Assembly (NCBI GenBank): GCA_023334545.1
Contig: JAADVB010000131.1
Location: 1-50,971 of the forward strand
Source of the DNA: Salisapilia sapeloensis CBS 127946
Taxonomy: Eukaryota; Protista; Oomycota
Reading direction: 5' to 3'
DNA length: 50,971 nt
Below, one piece after another: positions 31,981 to 41,954 of this stretch; position 1 is the first letter of the stretch, and each line of letters begins with the position of its first letter. Below the pieces are notes generated by a model that was not told the origin of the DNA, did no database searches, and saw only the letters and a list, made by a program, of their open reading frames with translations. Both the position numbers and the translations under genes were made by a program.

Positions 31981-32667
31981 ATGCTGGACGGAGAGTACGA
32001 AGGAGACTTAGTGGGAGGTTTGCGTCACGGGAAAGGAAGGTTGGTTTTTGTGAATGGAGACAGGTACGAAGGGGCGTTCCGAAAAGGATTTAGACATGGC
32101 AAAGGTACATTTACGAGTTGGAAAGATGAGGTTTACGAAGGCGAGTGGGTAGCAGGTAGAAGGCAAGGCAAAGGGAGAATGGTTTACTACAGTGGAAATT
32201 GTGTAATTGCCTATGAAGGAGACTTTGTTCGAGATAGCTTTCACGGTGAAGGATCTCTCCTCAAATACCTGAATACTTCAAGAGAGGCTCCGTCTAGTGA
32301 CCAAATAGACTCACAGAGACTGCAGTCCCGTTATGAAGGACAATTTTATAACGGAATGAAGCACGGAAAAGGAAAGATGGAATTTGTAACTAAGAAGTGC
32401 ATGTACGAAGGCGAGTGGAAGAACGGCGCGATGGATGGGGACGGCAAGTACGTTCAAGAAGGCCATGGCGAGTATGAAGGTCAGTGGTTAAACGGATTGA
32501 GGCATGGATTTGGAAAAGAGGTATGTGGTGTCGGATTAAAGACAGAGGTGTACGAAGGAAGCTGGAAAGAGGGAAAGAGACACGGGGTTGGATTATTAAT
32601 TAAAAATGGTTTCACGCGGCAAGGCGAATGGGCAGATAACATTCGACTTAAATGGATAGGTTCATGA
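31981..32667 (+). CDS. MORN-repeat protein
   Basis: Repeated YEGxWxxGxxHGxG units (YEGDLVGGLRHGKG, YEGAFRKGFRHGKG, YEGEWVAGRRQGKG and others). ATG at 31981. Confidence 0.9.
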   Translation: MLDGEYEGDLVGGLRHGKGRLVFVNGDRYEGAFRKGFRHGKGTFTSWKDEVYEGEWVAGRRQGKGRMVYYSGNCVIAYEGDFVRDSFHGEGSLLKYLNTSREAPSSDQIDSQRLQSRYEGQFYNGMKHGKGKMEFVTKKCMYEGEWKNGAMDGDGKYVQEGHGEYEGQWLNGLRHGFGKEVCGVGLKTEVYEGSWKEGKRHGVGLLIKNGFTRQGEWADNIRLKWIGS

Positions 32668-33645
32668 TCTTCAAGACCTTTTGTACTCGATCTAGCTTGG
32701 CTGTTTGACATTCTGCGACTCTTTCTTTTCCATGCGTTTTAAAGCATGTTTCTACATAACCTATCGTCAAATGCATGCTAGGCAAAAAAGTAGTGGTGTG
32801 CTCACGTACAGTACAGACATATTGTAACCATATCGTTTAAATGTTGCGAGGGAACCTATGGTCTTTGTTTCGGACAAGTTGTCTACATAGCCTTTACTGG
32901 ACAAGTTTATTAGCAATATGTTTGGGTTTAATACTCCATATCTATTAGCATGCACACGCTTCCATTGCTCTACCCTGTACCCTTCGCTAGTTTTAACGTC
33001 CGCAAAAGTATCGTTGAAAATGAAACCTGTCATTTTGATTCAGGCTTCCACAAGTTACTATGCGTTAAGGTTTTGTTAGATATATTCCTTTAATTATGAT
33101 ATAAATTGAAGGCAGTAGTTGATGTCAATTTGAATCTCGTAGATGGTATCGGAGTTACCGTTGGTACAGCTAGAACACCTATAAAGCCTACGTGTGTATC
33201 AACATAGGAAAAGTGCTGGGCTCTCGTTCTTCACTTTTATAGCAGATATCTCCATCGAAGCGGTTGAACAGGTACCCAACATATCAAAGCTACTAGAGAG
33301 GACTCCTATGTGAAAAAATACCACGCAGCAATTTCAATTGCGCCACATCTACTTCATTCATCACTAGGACAATTCAAAGTAGCGAAGAATCAGTCATTCG
33401 TACCTAAATAAATTCACCAGCTTCTTCAATGGCTCGTAGATTCGCTTGGAGAGGATACAGGGACTTTCGACTATAAAATCACCAGTAGAATGAGGTACAA
33501 AATCATCTATTTCCATGTCCAGGATACGTCGTCAAACACTGTATTGGCGTCCCATAAATACCTCTCCTTCACCAACCACATCGTTTAGCATGTAAAATGC
33601 ATACAATAAAGAGACGACAACAATTCGGACAACAAATAACGATAG

Positions 33646-36600
33646 ATGACGGATCTTGTGCCACAGGTGGAAGCAGCACTGCAGCGTGTATTGGACCCTT
33701 CTACTCCATACGAGGAGAAGCAGGCATTAGAGCAGCAGCTGGCTCAGTTCCAGAACTCCCCATCATCATGCCTACCACTTATAGCGCAGGTGCTACAGCC
33801 CAGTGCGCATCCGGCAAGCCAATACATACTATGGTTCGCCTGCACGACAATTGAAGAATACGTTCGCACGAGGTGGATTTCATTTTCGCCAGAGCAACGA
33901 TCAGAGCTCCGAAACGTGGTCTGGACAGCAGCTACGGCCCCAACCGCCAACGCACGACCTCCGTTCGTGCATGCGAAGCTGCTGAAGGTCGTATCAGACG
34001 TCGCTCGTATGGAGTGGAAATTGCCTAATACGTCTAATAGTGAACAAGTATCTGGGGATCAGAGTCACTACTGGTTTAATTTCGTAGATCAAGTCCAGAG
34101 CGTCCTTCAATCTAACGACACGAGTGTTCGACGGACAGGAGTACAGCTCGTGGGGGTATTGGCGGAAGAGTTTGGGCGTGATGATGCACTCGCTCCTTCG
34201 TACTGCAAAAGTAGAGTTCAGAAACTGTTTCGAAGTAACCTTCCGTCCCTCCTACAGTCTCTTGGAGCCATTCTGCAGCAGAGTTTAGGCGCCACGACTA
34301 GCCCAGATCAAATGCGGATCATGAATGAAGCGCTGACTTCGCTAAACCACTTGATGCAGTGGTCTGCTTCATCTGCGTGTGTTTCAGAGAGCTGGATCAA
34401 CCTCCTCTTTGCGATCGTGCAGGCGGACATTGATGCCAGCGCTCGTCAAAAGGCGATCGAGGTGCTCGTGGAGATTGTAACCAAGCAGATCACACCTCAG
34501 AGGGAGGATCTGCTTACTCAGACGTTCCATTCGTTGGGTTCTGTTCTACAGCACGTCGCATCGTCCGTCAGCAGTCAAGACGACGAGGTATTGATAAAGT
34601 TTGAAGAGCTGGTTAAAGATTTTGTAAGCACACATGTACGACGGTTGAACAAAGTGTCGTACCAGCAGTCCTTGGCTCCTTTCACGATGCTGCTTTTGCA
34701 ATTGACACAGGCACAGGAGTCGACAGAAGGGTACGTCAAGTGTTTAGAAATATGGGAGGTGTTTGTTGCGTACTTTGAAGCGATGGAAGGCGAGATGGGA
34801 AGCAACAACGTCATTTGCAATGCGCTTCTGAGTCCGTCCGACTCGGCCTTGAGTGGTCTTTTGTCTCATCTGCTTCAGAAGGTTTCGTACAATTCCAATG
34901 GACAGCAGTTGGAGGAGCTGGATGACAGTCGAGATGGAAACAGTCGGGAGGAAAGTGATGAGATTGGTGACAGTGGAGACTCGAGACTAAACCTCCAGTC
35001 GCTACAGGACCTCGTCCAGTCTTCTCGATCTCCCTCTGGGAGTCTGATGGAGATGTCCGAGAGACAGCAGTTCGTCGTTTCTTGTCTGTCGCTCATTCAG
35101 CGCATCAGCGTCGTCCACCCTTCCTTTTCGCTCCAGATTGCCGAGTCTCAATTCGCAACCTTCAGTACCTGCATGTCGTCTCGTTCAAATATGAAAGAAG
35201 CGACAGTCACATGTGCTGTCGTTGGGCTCTTGTGCTCTCAGTCGTTTGCTCTGAGCGCCGACTCGACGGTCCAGCGGAAGAGCTGGGACTACCTCGAGTC
35301 CTTTGTGACAGTGTTGGAGCAGGTGAGTGGGCAGAGCCCGAGTGGACAGGTAGACGATGTAGACATCAGTTGTGAGTTATTTGCGAGTGTGAGAGGAGCC
35401 CTCACGTGCGTCCCACTCGTCATCCACTCTGGCGGAGGAGACCAAGTGATGCGTGTGAGCGATCGCATCCTAAAGGTCGTCGAGCGAGTGGTGACGTTCC
35501 AATACCCGACAGAAGTGGTGGCGAATGCGTTGCAGTTGATGGCGAATCTGGGCTTTGTGGTTCCGTTTGAGCAGTTGAGAGGGTTGGAAGGGATGCAGAA
35601 GATGATTGCGAACCTACATTCGTTCCGATCCAATCTGCACACGTCCGTTGAAACGGAGTTGTTTGCTGCGCTGTCCAACTTGACGATGAAAGACACTGAA
35701 GCATATGCGCACGTCGTGACGCCTGTGATGAACGAGGTGGTGGCAGCTGCAAAGGAGAGCGAGAGTCAGCCGATGCACCCTCCACTCATGACACGAGTAA
35801 GGTGGATGCTAGTCATGTGAATAAGAGAGATCTGACGGTGGATTTGTAGGTGAAGAGAGACATTCGTGTCGTGCGGAAGCTCAGTAAGACTGTAGAGAAG
35901 AAGGAAAAGCAGGTCAAGGTGGCGTTCGCAGAAAAAGTGATGATCGGTGTTCCGGCGATGCTAACGCTGTTGAGGCAGTACGTTGGAGTGGTCAAGAGTG
36001 GAAACCCGAGTGAGGCACTAGAGGTCGTGCATGAACTGGTCAAGGCGTATGGACAGCTGCTGATGTCCGTCCGGAAGGAGTTGCCAAAAGACAGCGTAGC
36101 AGAGGTCATGCGCGTCTTTGTGGAGATCTTCCAGGACCCTCAGCTATGCTCCATGTATATGGTTATATTTATTTATTTTATGATAATGTATCTGACGCTT
36201 GTGTAGATTGAATGGAAGAGGACGGAGTGGGATGCTCGTCTTGTGTGGCTTCTTACACTTGTTACAAGTGGTTGTGGAGGAACCAACGCCTGTGTTCACG
36301 TCCTTTGTGGAAAACGCCTTGGACCTATGCTACGGACCACTGAAAGAGGTATCATCCTATTCTACAAGCGTTGGAAGCGTATTCTAATGTTTATCCTGTA
36401 CAGCCCATCTTTTCTCATCCAGAAAGTGACTCGCTGATCCTCGGCTACTTTGTCGGACTTATTGGTCGGCTGTTGGAAAACCACTTTAGGTCGTTCGTGA
36501 TGCTAAGAGTGTCCAATGACGGCAGTCGAGATCGTTGCTACAAGAGCGAGAACGCTCGAAACTACTTTGCCCAGATCTTCCAGTCCTTTGCTGGGATCCT

Positions 36601-37024
36601 CGAAAAGCAGGATCTATCGACGAACCAAGTGTCGCCAGCTCTGTGCAAGCAGGTGATCCAGACTCTGTCCGATCTGGACGACAAGCAGAATCTGCTGAGT
36701 TTCCAAGGGTTCCAACAAGACTTTCGCCTTGGATTCCTTAATACGCTCATGCAAGTGCTCATGCGAGGCGAGCTGAATATGCTCAAGGACGACATTGCAG
36801 GTGTTGTGCATCGACTAGCTGGCGTCGACTTCCAGTCCTTCTTCCAAACCTTCTTGTCGGAACTCGTGCAGCAAAGTCTGAGCAAAGAGCAGTTGGCCAT
36901 GAGCGCAGCCTTGGAAGGAGGGAGTCTGCGGTGGAGCGGGCAGACGGACCTTCCGACCTTTTCTCAAGACCTAGACGCCTTCCTCGCGGACATTCGCTTC
37001 CTCCGCGCCCAGCAGCTAGCTTGA
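33646..37024 (+). CDS. XPO6: Exportin-6-like karyopherin-beta; 4 exons
   Basis: Introns 35797-35849, 36155-36206 and 36349-36403 give a 1072-aa frame. IBN_N-like N-terminus. The C-terminus FLNTLMQVLMRGELNMLKDDIAGVVHRLAGVDFQSFFQTFL...DLPTFSQDLDAFLADIRF parallels the XPO6 C-terminus as I recall it. Confidence 0.75.
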
Positions 37025-37274
37025 AGCCAAGCGTCTGTAGGTCGGCTGTAGCTCCATGTCGGTGGGTTGGATTGATTTTGGCGAATAAAGTAGATTTCGA
37101 TTGGTTGAAAGTTGCATGTCAGATGTCCATGGACATTGCAAATGTGGTTAAACTGCAAATTGTCCGAGGAAAACGTGTTTTTGTATCTCGTTGGAAATAG
37201 AGGCCAGCAGAGGCTGCACCAAGACAGCAAAAAAACCACCACACAGCCGAGAGCTCTTGTATTTGCCTGCAACA

Positions 37275-37606
37275 ATGGAGACGATGGATGTTTCGAAGCG
37301 CCTCAAGACCACGCCGTTGGACCCTCGCTTCCCCAACACGAACCAGTCGCAGCACTGCTGGTACGCTTTCTATAACACGTATTGACGAGCTGGATTTGTG
37401 CTGACCTGTGTGCGTTTTGGTGGTGTAGGACGCGCTACAACGAGTACCTGCTCTGCTTAAAGAACAACGACGGAGACGAGGACCCGTGCAAGAAGCACTT
37501 CCAGTTCGCCATGTCCATCTGCCCGTCGACGTGGGTGGAAAAGTGGGAAGAGGACCGGGAGGAAGGCAAGTTCCCGGGCGTGCAGGTCCCCAAGGACGAC
37601 GAGTAA
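37275..37606 (+). CDS. COX6B: Cytochrome c oxidase subunit 6B; 2 exons
   Basis: Intron 37361-37428. TTPLDPRFPNTNQSQHCW|TRYNEYLLCLKNNDGDEDPCKKHFQFAMSICPSTWVEKWEEDREEGKFPG shows the twin Cx9C/Cx10C pattern. Confidence 0.92.
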
Positions 37607-37683
37607 ACCACGCCGTTCAACTGTTCTCTCAAAAATAAAAGATCTCTTTCTTTTATTTCTTTCAAATTTACATGAATTCCAAG

Positions 37684-39015
37684 CTACATGATGCAGCACT
37701 CGCCGTCGGCATCTTCTCCTGTCTCTTCTTCTACCTCCTCCTTCGGTCTCGAACGACCTTCCTTGCAAGGGCACGGCAGCGTCGACGTCACACCGGCAAA
37801 GTAGCAACGGTTGCAGTCCGAGCAGTGCACGTCTCGATGGTCGCAGCAGCGCTTGCACACCTTGCAGTGGTTTCGAGGCGTCCGCTCTTGATCCTGCAGT
37901 TTGCTGCTGCACCACGAAAAGTCGTATTGACGACTGCAAGCGTGGCAGTAGAAACCCTGGAGGCACTGTAGGACGGCCACCTGCTTGTTGCAACAAGGCA
38001 CGACGACAGGCTCCTGCAGTCTCTGGACCATGTCTCTCGTCTTGCTGACGTTGTGCATGAAACAGTCGTCCTGGAAGAGGACGTTCATATCTGCTCCTGC
38101 CTGCTGGACCATCAAGAAGGGGTTCTTGCAGTCCGTGCAGCGGCAGTGGACGCCACATATGCCGCCGCTCTTCACGCAGGCACAGCGGCCGTTGCGGCAG
38201 CCGCCTGTGCACCGACAGGAAGCTGTCTTTGTCGGCTCTGCTACCTGCTGAGGAGTGTACGTTGGCTTCGGAGCAATGTTCACGACACTCTGCGGCGGCA
38301 CAGGAGGCACGTACTGCATGCCCTGGTTCAAGACGTTCCAATAGTCTGGCGTGGCGGTCGACGGCTCAAACGTTGGAGCAGGAGCAGGAGCAGGAGTCTC
38401 CATGTCCACGTCCATCTCCTTTTCCTGAAAGTTATCTAGCTCGACCATGGGCATGTCCGTGTCAAAGTCTGGTCCTAGAAAGTCTAGTAGTTCCTCTTCC
38501 TCCATCATGTTTTCCTGCGACTGAATTTGTTCCGGCTTGACGTTACCTAAATCCAGCGGACTGTCGTCTAATTCTGCCATGAGCGCCTCTAGCTCTGCAT
38601 CGTTCTCTCCAGTCGGTATCGCCGTCATGCCGACATCTTGGACGTGCACGCGGCACAAGGGACACGTCTTGTTGCGACGGAACCAGCGAAGGAAGCATTG
38701 CGGGTGGAAGGTATGTGCGCAGGGAGTGAGTTGTGCCTGTGCTCCTGGAGCTAGACAGACGCTGCAGTCGGCGGGAGCAGGCGGCAAGTTCGCCGCCTCC
38801 TTTTGGACACGACGACAAGCGCGCGCAATTTCCGCTTCGTGTTCATCCACGCTGGCATTCTCTGCCGGCGATTCCGACGTTCCCTTGTGGAGTTTATAGG
38901 GGGGATACGGAGAAGCGCGGCTCTGGTAAATGTACTGCAGCGACGATTCGGCGCAGAAGACGCTTCCGCTCGCCTGATGGCCGTATCCGTCGGCTAGTAC
39001 GCGTTGTCCTGGCAT
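37684..39015 (-). CDS. RING-H2 + CXC (tesmin/CRC-like) + Cys/His-finger protein with C-terminal CaaX
   Basis: CSVC...CAHTFHPQC...CPLC, CRCTGGCRNGRCACVKSGGICGVHCRCTDCKNP and HCKVCKRCCDHRDVHCSDCNRC; ends GECCIM*. Confidence 0.75.
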   Translation of the reverse strand: MPGQRVLADGYGHQASGSVFCAESSLQYIYQSRASPYPPYKLHKGTSESPAENASVDEHEAEIARACRRVQKEAANLPPAPADCSVCLAPGAQAQLTPCAHTFHPQCFLRWFRRNKTCPLCRVHVQDVGMTAIPTGENDAELEALMAELDDSPLDLGNVKPEQIQSQENMMEEEELLDFLGPDFDTDMPMVELDNFQEKEMDVDMETPAPAPAPTFEPSTATPDYWNVLNQGMQYVPPVPPQSVVNIAPKPTYTPQQVAEPTKTASCRCTGGCRNGRCACVKSGGICGVHCRCTDCKNPFLMVQQAGADMNVLFQDDCFMHNVSKTRDMVQRLQEPVVVPCCNKQVAVLQCLQGFYCHACSRQYDFSWCSSKLQDQERTPRNHCKVCKRCCDHRDVHCSDCNRCYFAGVTSTLPCPCKEGRSRPKEEVEEETGEDADGECCIM

Positions 39016-39262
39016 GGTGCTTGGCGAGTGACGTCAGGCGGGTGCGTGTTTAATGGCAGGGACGAGCGATTGGAGGGTTTGGCCGAAACTTCAAGTTCGT
39101 CAAAACGGCTTTCGCTGAAATAAGTGCGTTCGAGAGAAACCAATGTATTCGCATTCGTCGTACACGCATTTAGCACGAGACTGACGCAAGATAGGTGGAA
39201 ACTGGACTTTAATTAGCGCTGATTGGAGGAAAAGAAGCTTTTGCCGCCGTTCCATTTCTCGA

Positions 39263-40537
39263 ATGGCGCATCTCGGCCATGCCGATGACGATCTGCTTGG
39301 CGACCTGCTGAATTTGTTGGATAGCGAAGAAGCGTACCAGCAACATCCGAACCTACACAGCTACTTCCACGCGACTCCATGCGCCGTCAGAGGCTACGAC
39401 AGCCCGGAGAAAACGACCCCTAATAGTACCCAAGGTAGTCATCCCAAGCAGCGCAATGCCAGCCGCGATCGAAAGGTGCAGGAGCTTCGGTCGCTACGCA
39501 ATGAGGTTTCTCAATTGCAAGCCACGAGGGAACAACTGGAGCAACGCAAGAAGCAGCTCCAATCCGTTCGCGGTCATGGAAAAATCGAAGATTCGTGGCA
39601 GGTGACAGCCGTCACGCAGTTTGATTATCGGAAGAAGAGCGAGGAGCTGAACCAGCAGCTCAAAGGCGCTGTGGAAGCCCAGGAGAAACTACTTAAGTCC
39701 CTCCAGTCTCTCGTTCCGCCGGGAGTTTTCTCCGAACTCACGACCGTGCGAGACTGCGGCCAAGTCCCTCGGAACTGCCTCGATCGAAAGGAGGAGTATG
39801 CCTTGTGTACGCACATCGCCAAGACGCAGCAGACGTATGAGCACATTCAATTTATCTTGTCATCCGCCAAGAACGAGGACGACGCAGAGCAGTTGCGGAA
39901 GCGAAAGACCGAGTACAGCAACGGCCGATTGCTCTTGGAGGTAGTCGACACGAGTGACTTTCCACGTAGTATCAACGCCTGCGGGCGGGCGCTGTGGGAG
40001 ACGGTCATGAAGGACTTGAAGGCGCATTTTTATATCGGCTTTGGCGACCAAGCCGACGTGCAGGACGAGACGGTTGCCATAAGATTCCGTAGTCGATACA
40101 GAGCAATAGCAAAGGAAGAGGTAGGTGTCATCCGATGCTACCAGGATTACACGCAGGACGGTCGCAATCGGGTCGTGATGATCTGGACTGGTACCGTGAC
40201 GGGCGACCGCGTGCTGGACGGCATGACCGCAAAGGAGACGTGGGTGTGCATGCTGGAGGAGGACGAGGAGAATCCTGGGAGCCGGACAAAGTTCAAGAGT
40301 CTAGTGGAGCTGACGATCGTGAATGAGTACGGCGGGTCCGAGTCTGGATACGGAGAGGACGGCGGTCGAGCGCTCGTGAGCTCGTACGAAAAGTACATGG
40401 ACAGCATGGTCGCTCGGATGAAGTCGACGTCGATCTCGGAGGCCGAGACGTCGCATCCATCGATTCCGCAGTTCTACCTTTTCTGCCACTTTGGCCACGA
40501 GTCGAGCGAGCCGCCGACGTTGCCGGAAGTAGTCTAA
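39263..40537 (+). CDS. M96-like bZIP-like/START-like protein (tandem copy 1)
   Basis: RNASRDRKVQELRSLRNEVSQLQ, SWQVTAVTQFDYRKKSEELNQQLK, RYRAIAKEE, FYLFCHFG. Confidence 0.7.
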   Translation: MAHLGHADDDLLGDLLNLLDSEEAYQQHPNLHSYFHATPCAVRGYDSPEKTTPNSTQGSHPKQRNASRDRKVQELRSLRNEVSQLQATREQLEQRKKQLQSVRGHGKIEDSWQVTAVTQFDYRKKSEELNQQLKGAVEAQEKLLKSLQSLVPPGVFSELTTVRDCGQVPRNCLDRKEEYALCTHIAKTQQTYEHIQFILSSAKNEDDAEQLRKRKTEYSNGRLLLEVVDTSDFPRSINACGRALWETVMKDLKAHFYIGFGDQADVQDETVAIRFRSRYRAIAKEEVGVIRCYQDYTQDGRNRVVMIWTGTVTGDRVLDGMTAKETWVCMLEEDEENPGSRTKFKSLVELTIVNEYGGSESGYGEDGGRALVSSYEKYMDSMVARMKSTSISEAETSHPSIPQFYLFCHFGHESSEPPTLPEVV

Positions 40538-40640
40538 GGAGAAATTGATCGTGACGTTTATTGGCTCTGCGTTTCGTGTTTCAAAGCATATGTTCGGTAC
40601 TTCTGGGGCGATTTCGAACTTGATTTGACCTGCCGCGACG

Positions 40641-41843
40641 ATGGAAGCAGCGAACGATGACACTATTTTCCAGCACCTCCTCCGACTCATGGTCACGGAC
40701 GCAGGCCACGAGCAGCTACCCGCGATCTATGCCCAGGACTCCGCCGATGACGAAACCGTCACGGACTCGGGCGCTGACACGCAAATGACGAAAAGGAAGT
40801 GCGCTCGCACGAGCAAGAATCGCAGTCGAGAACGTATGGTAGAGGAGCTCAAGACCCTTCGGGCCGAGTCCAAGGAGCTTGAAATGAGCAAGTGCAAGCT
40901 CGAGCGACGGAACAGGGAGCTCCGGAGCGCGTACGAGCACGGGAGGGAAGACGAGTCGTGGCAGCTGACGGCGGTCGGACAGTTCGATAAACGCAAGCAG
41001 AGCGAGCGCGACAATCGCTATCTGAGGCAGGCTGTGGAAGCCCAGCAACGACTCTTGGAATCCCTCGGCGCATTCCTACCTCCCGACGTGTACAATGGTC
41101 TACTCGCGAACCAGGATAATGGCTTGGTGTCTCGCAAGTGTCTGAGCAGGAGGGAGGAAGTGGCACTGACGTCGTTCATGGCGCAGGTCCACAAGACGTA
41201 CGACCGCGTGCGCTCATCCCTGCCGTTCATCTCGACGCAAGAGCACAAGCGTCAAAAGACCGAGTTCCATGGCAACACCTTGCACGTCGAGATCGCTGAC
41301 ACGTGCGGTCTGGGGTACACGATCGACAGGTGTGCGACGGCCGTGTGGGATACGACAATGGCCGACATTGGTGCTCGCGACTGTTTCTCGTGGATGAAAC
41401 TGGAGGACGAAGTCGAAGTCTTGCGGCGTCGTTCGAGATACCGACCGATAGCGGAGGACGAAGTTGCCGTGTTCAAGACCTTTAAAGATGAAACGCAAGA
41501 CGGTCGTAAGCGGTTCTTTATGATCTGGGAAGGATACGTCACAGGCGCGTTCGCGTTGGAAGGCATGACTGCGCGAGAGGCGTGGATCTACATGCTCGTA
41601 GAGGATTCGAGCGGGAGCACGCACTTTAGCTACGTCGTAGAACTGCACGTGAACGACGAGTGGGGCGGATGCGGCCGTGGCCTGGGCACCGACGGCGACC
41701 AGGCGCTGATGGAGTCTTGCGAAAAGTACATGGATCGAATGATGGGCCGCATGAAAGCTTCTCTCGAGTACAACACCGTGAGCAGCCACCACCCTCCTCC
41801 CTACTGGCTGTTCTGTCGCCAGGGGCAAGATGCGCTGGCGTAG
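40641..41843 (+). CDS. M96-like bZIP-like/START-like protein (tandem copy 2)
   Basis: KNRSRERMVEELKTLRAESKELE, SWQLTAVGQFDKRKQSERDNRYLR, RYRPIAEDE, YWLFCRQG. Confidence 0.7.
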   Translation: MEAANDDTIFQHLLRLMVTDAGHEQLPAIYAQDSADDETVTDSGADTQMTKRKCARTSKNRSRERMVEELKTLRAESKELEMSKCKLERRNRELRSAYEHGREDESWQLTAVGQFDKRKQSERDNRYLRQAVEAQQRLLESLGAFLPPDVYNGLLANQDNGLVSRKCLSRREEVALTSFMAQVHKTYDRVRSSLPFISTQEHKRQKTEFHGNTLHVEIADTCGLGYTIDRCATAVWDTTMADIGARDCFSWMKLEDEVEVLRRRSRYRPIAEDEVAVFKTFKDETQDGRKRFFMIWEGYVTGAFALEGMTAREAWIYMLVEDSSGSTHFSYVVELHVNDEWGGCGRGLGTDGDQALMESCEKYMDRMMGRMKASLEYNTVSSHHPPPYWLFCRQGQDALA

Positions 41844-41954
41844 TAAGGGTCGGTGTGTCTGATTTGTGTGCGCCCGTTGGAGATTTCCCTTACAAGAAAA
41901 ACATGCAGTAATTTTCGCTTGATAAATCAGTCTGCCTCCTACTTGCCAGGCCTC

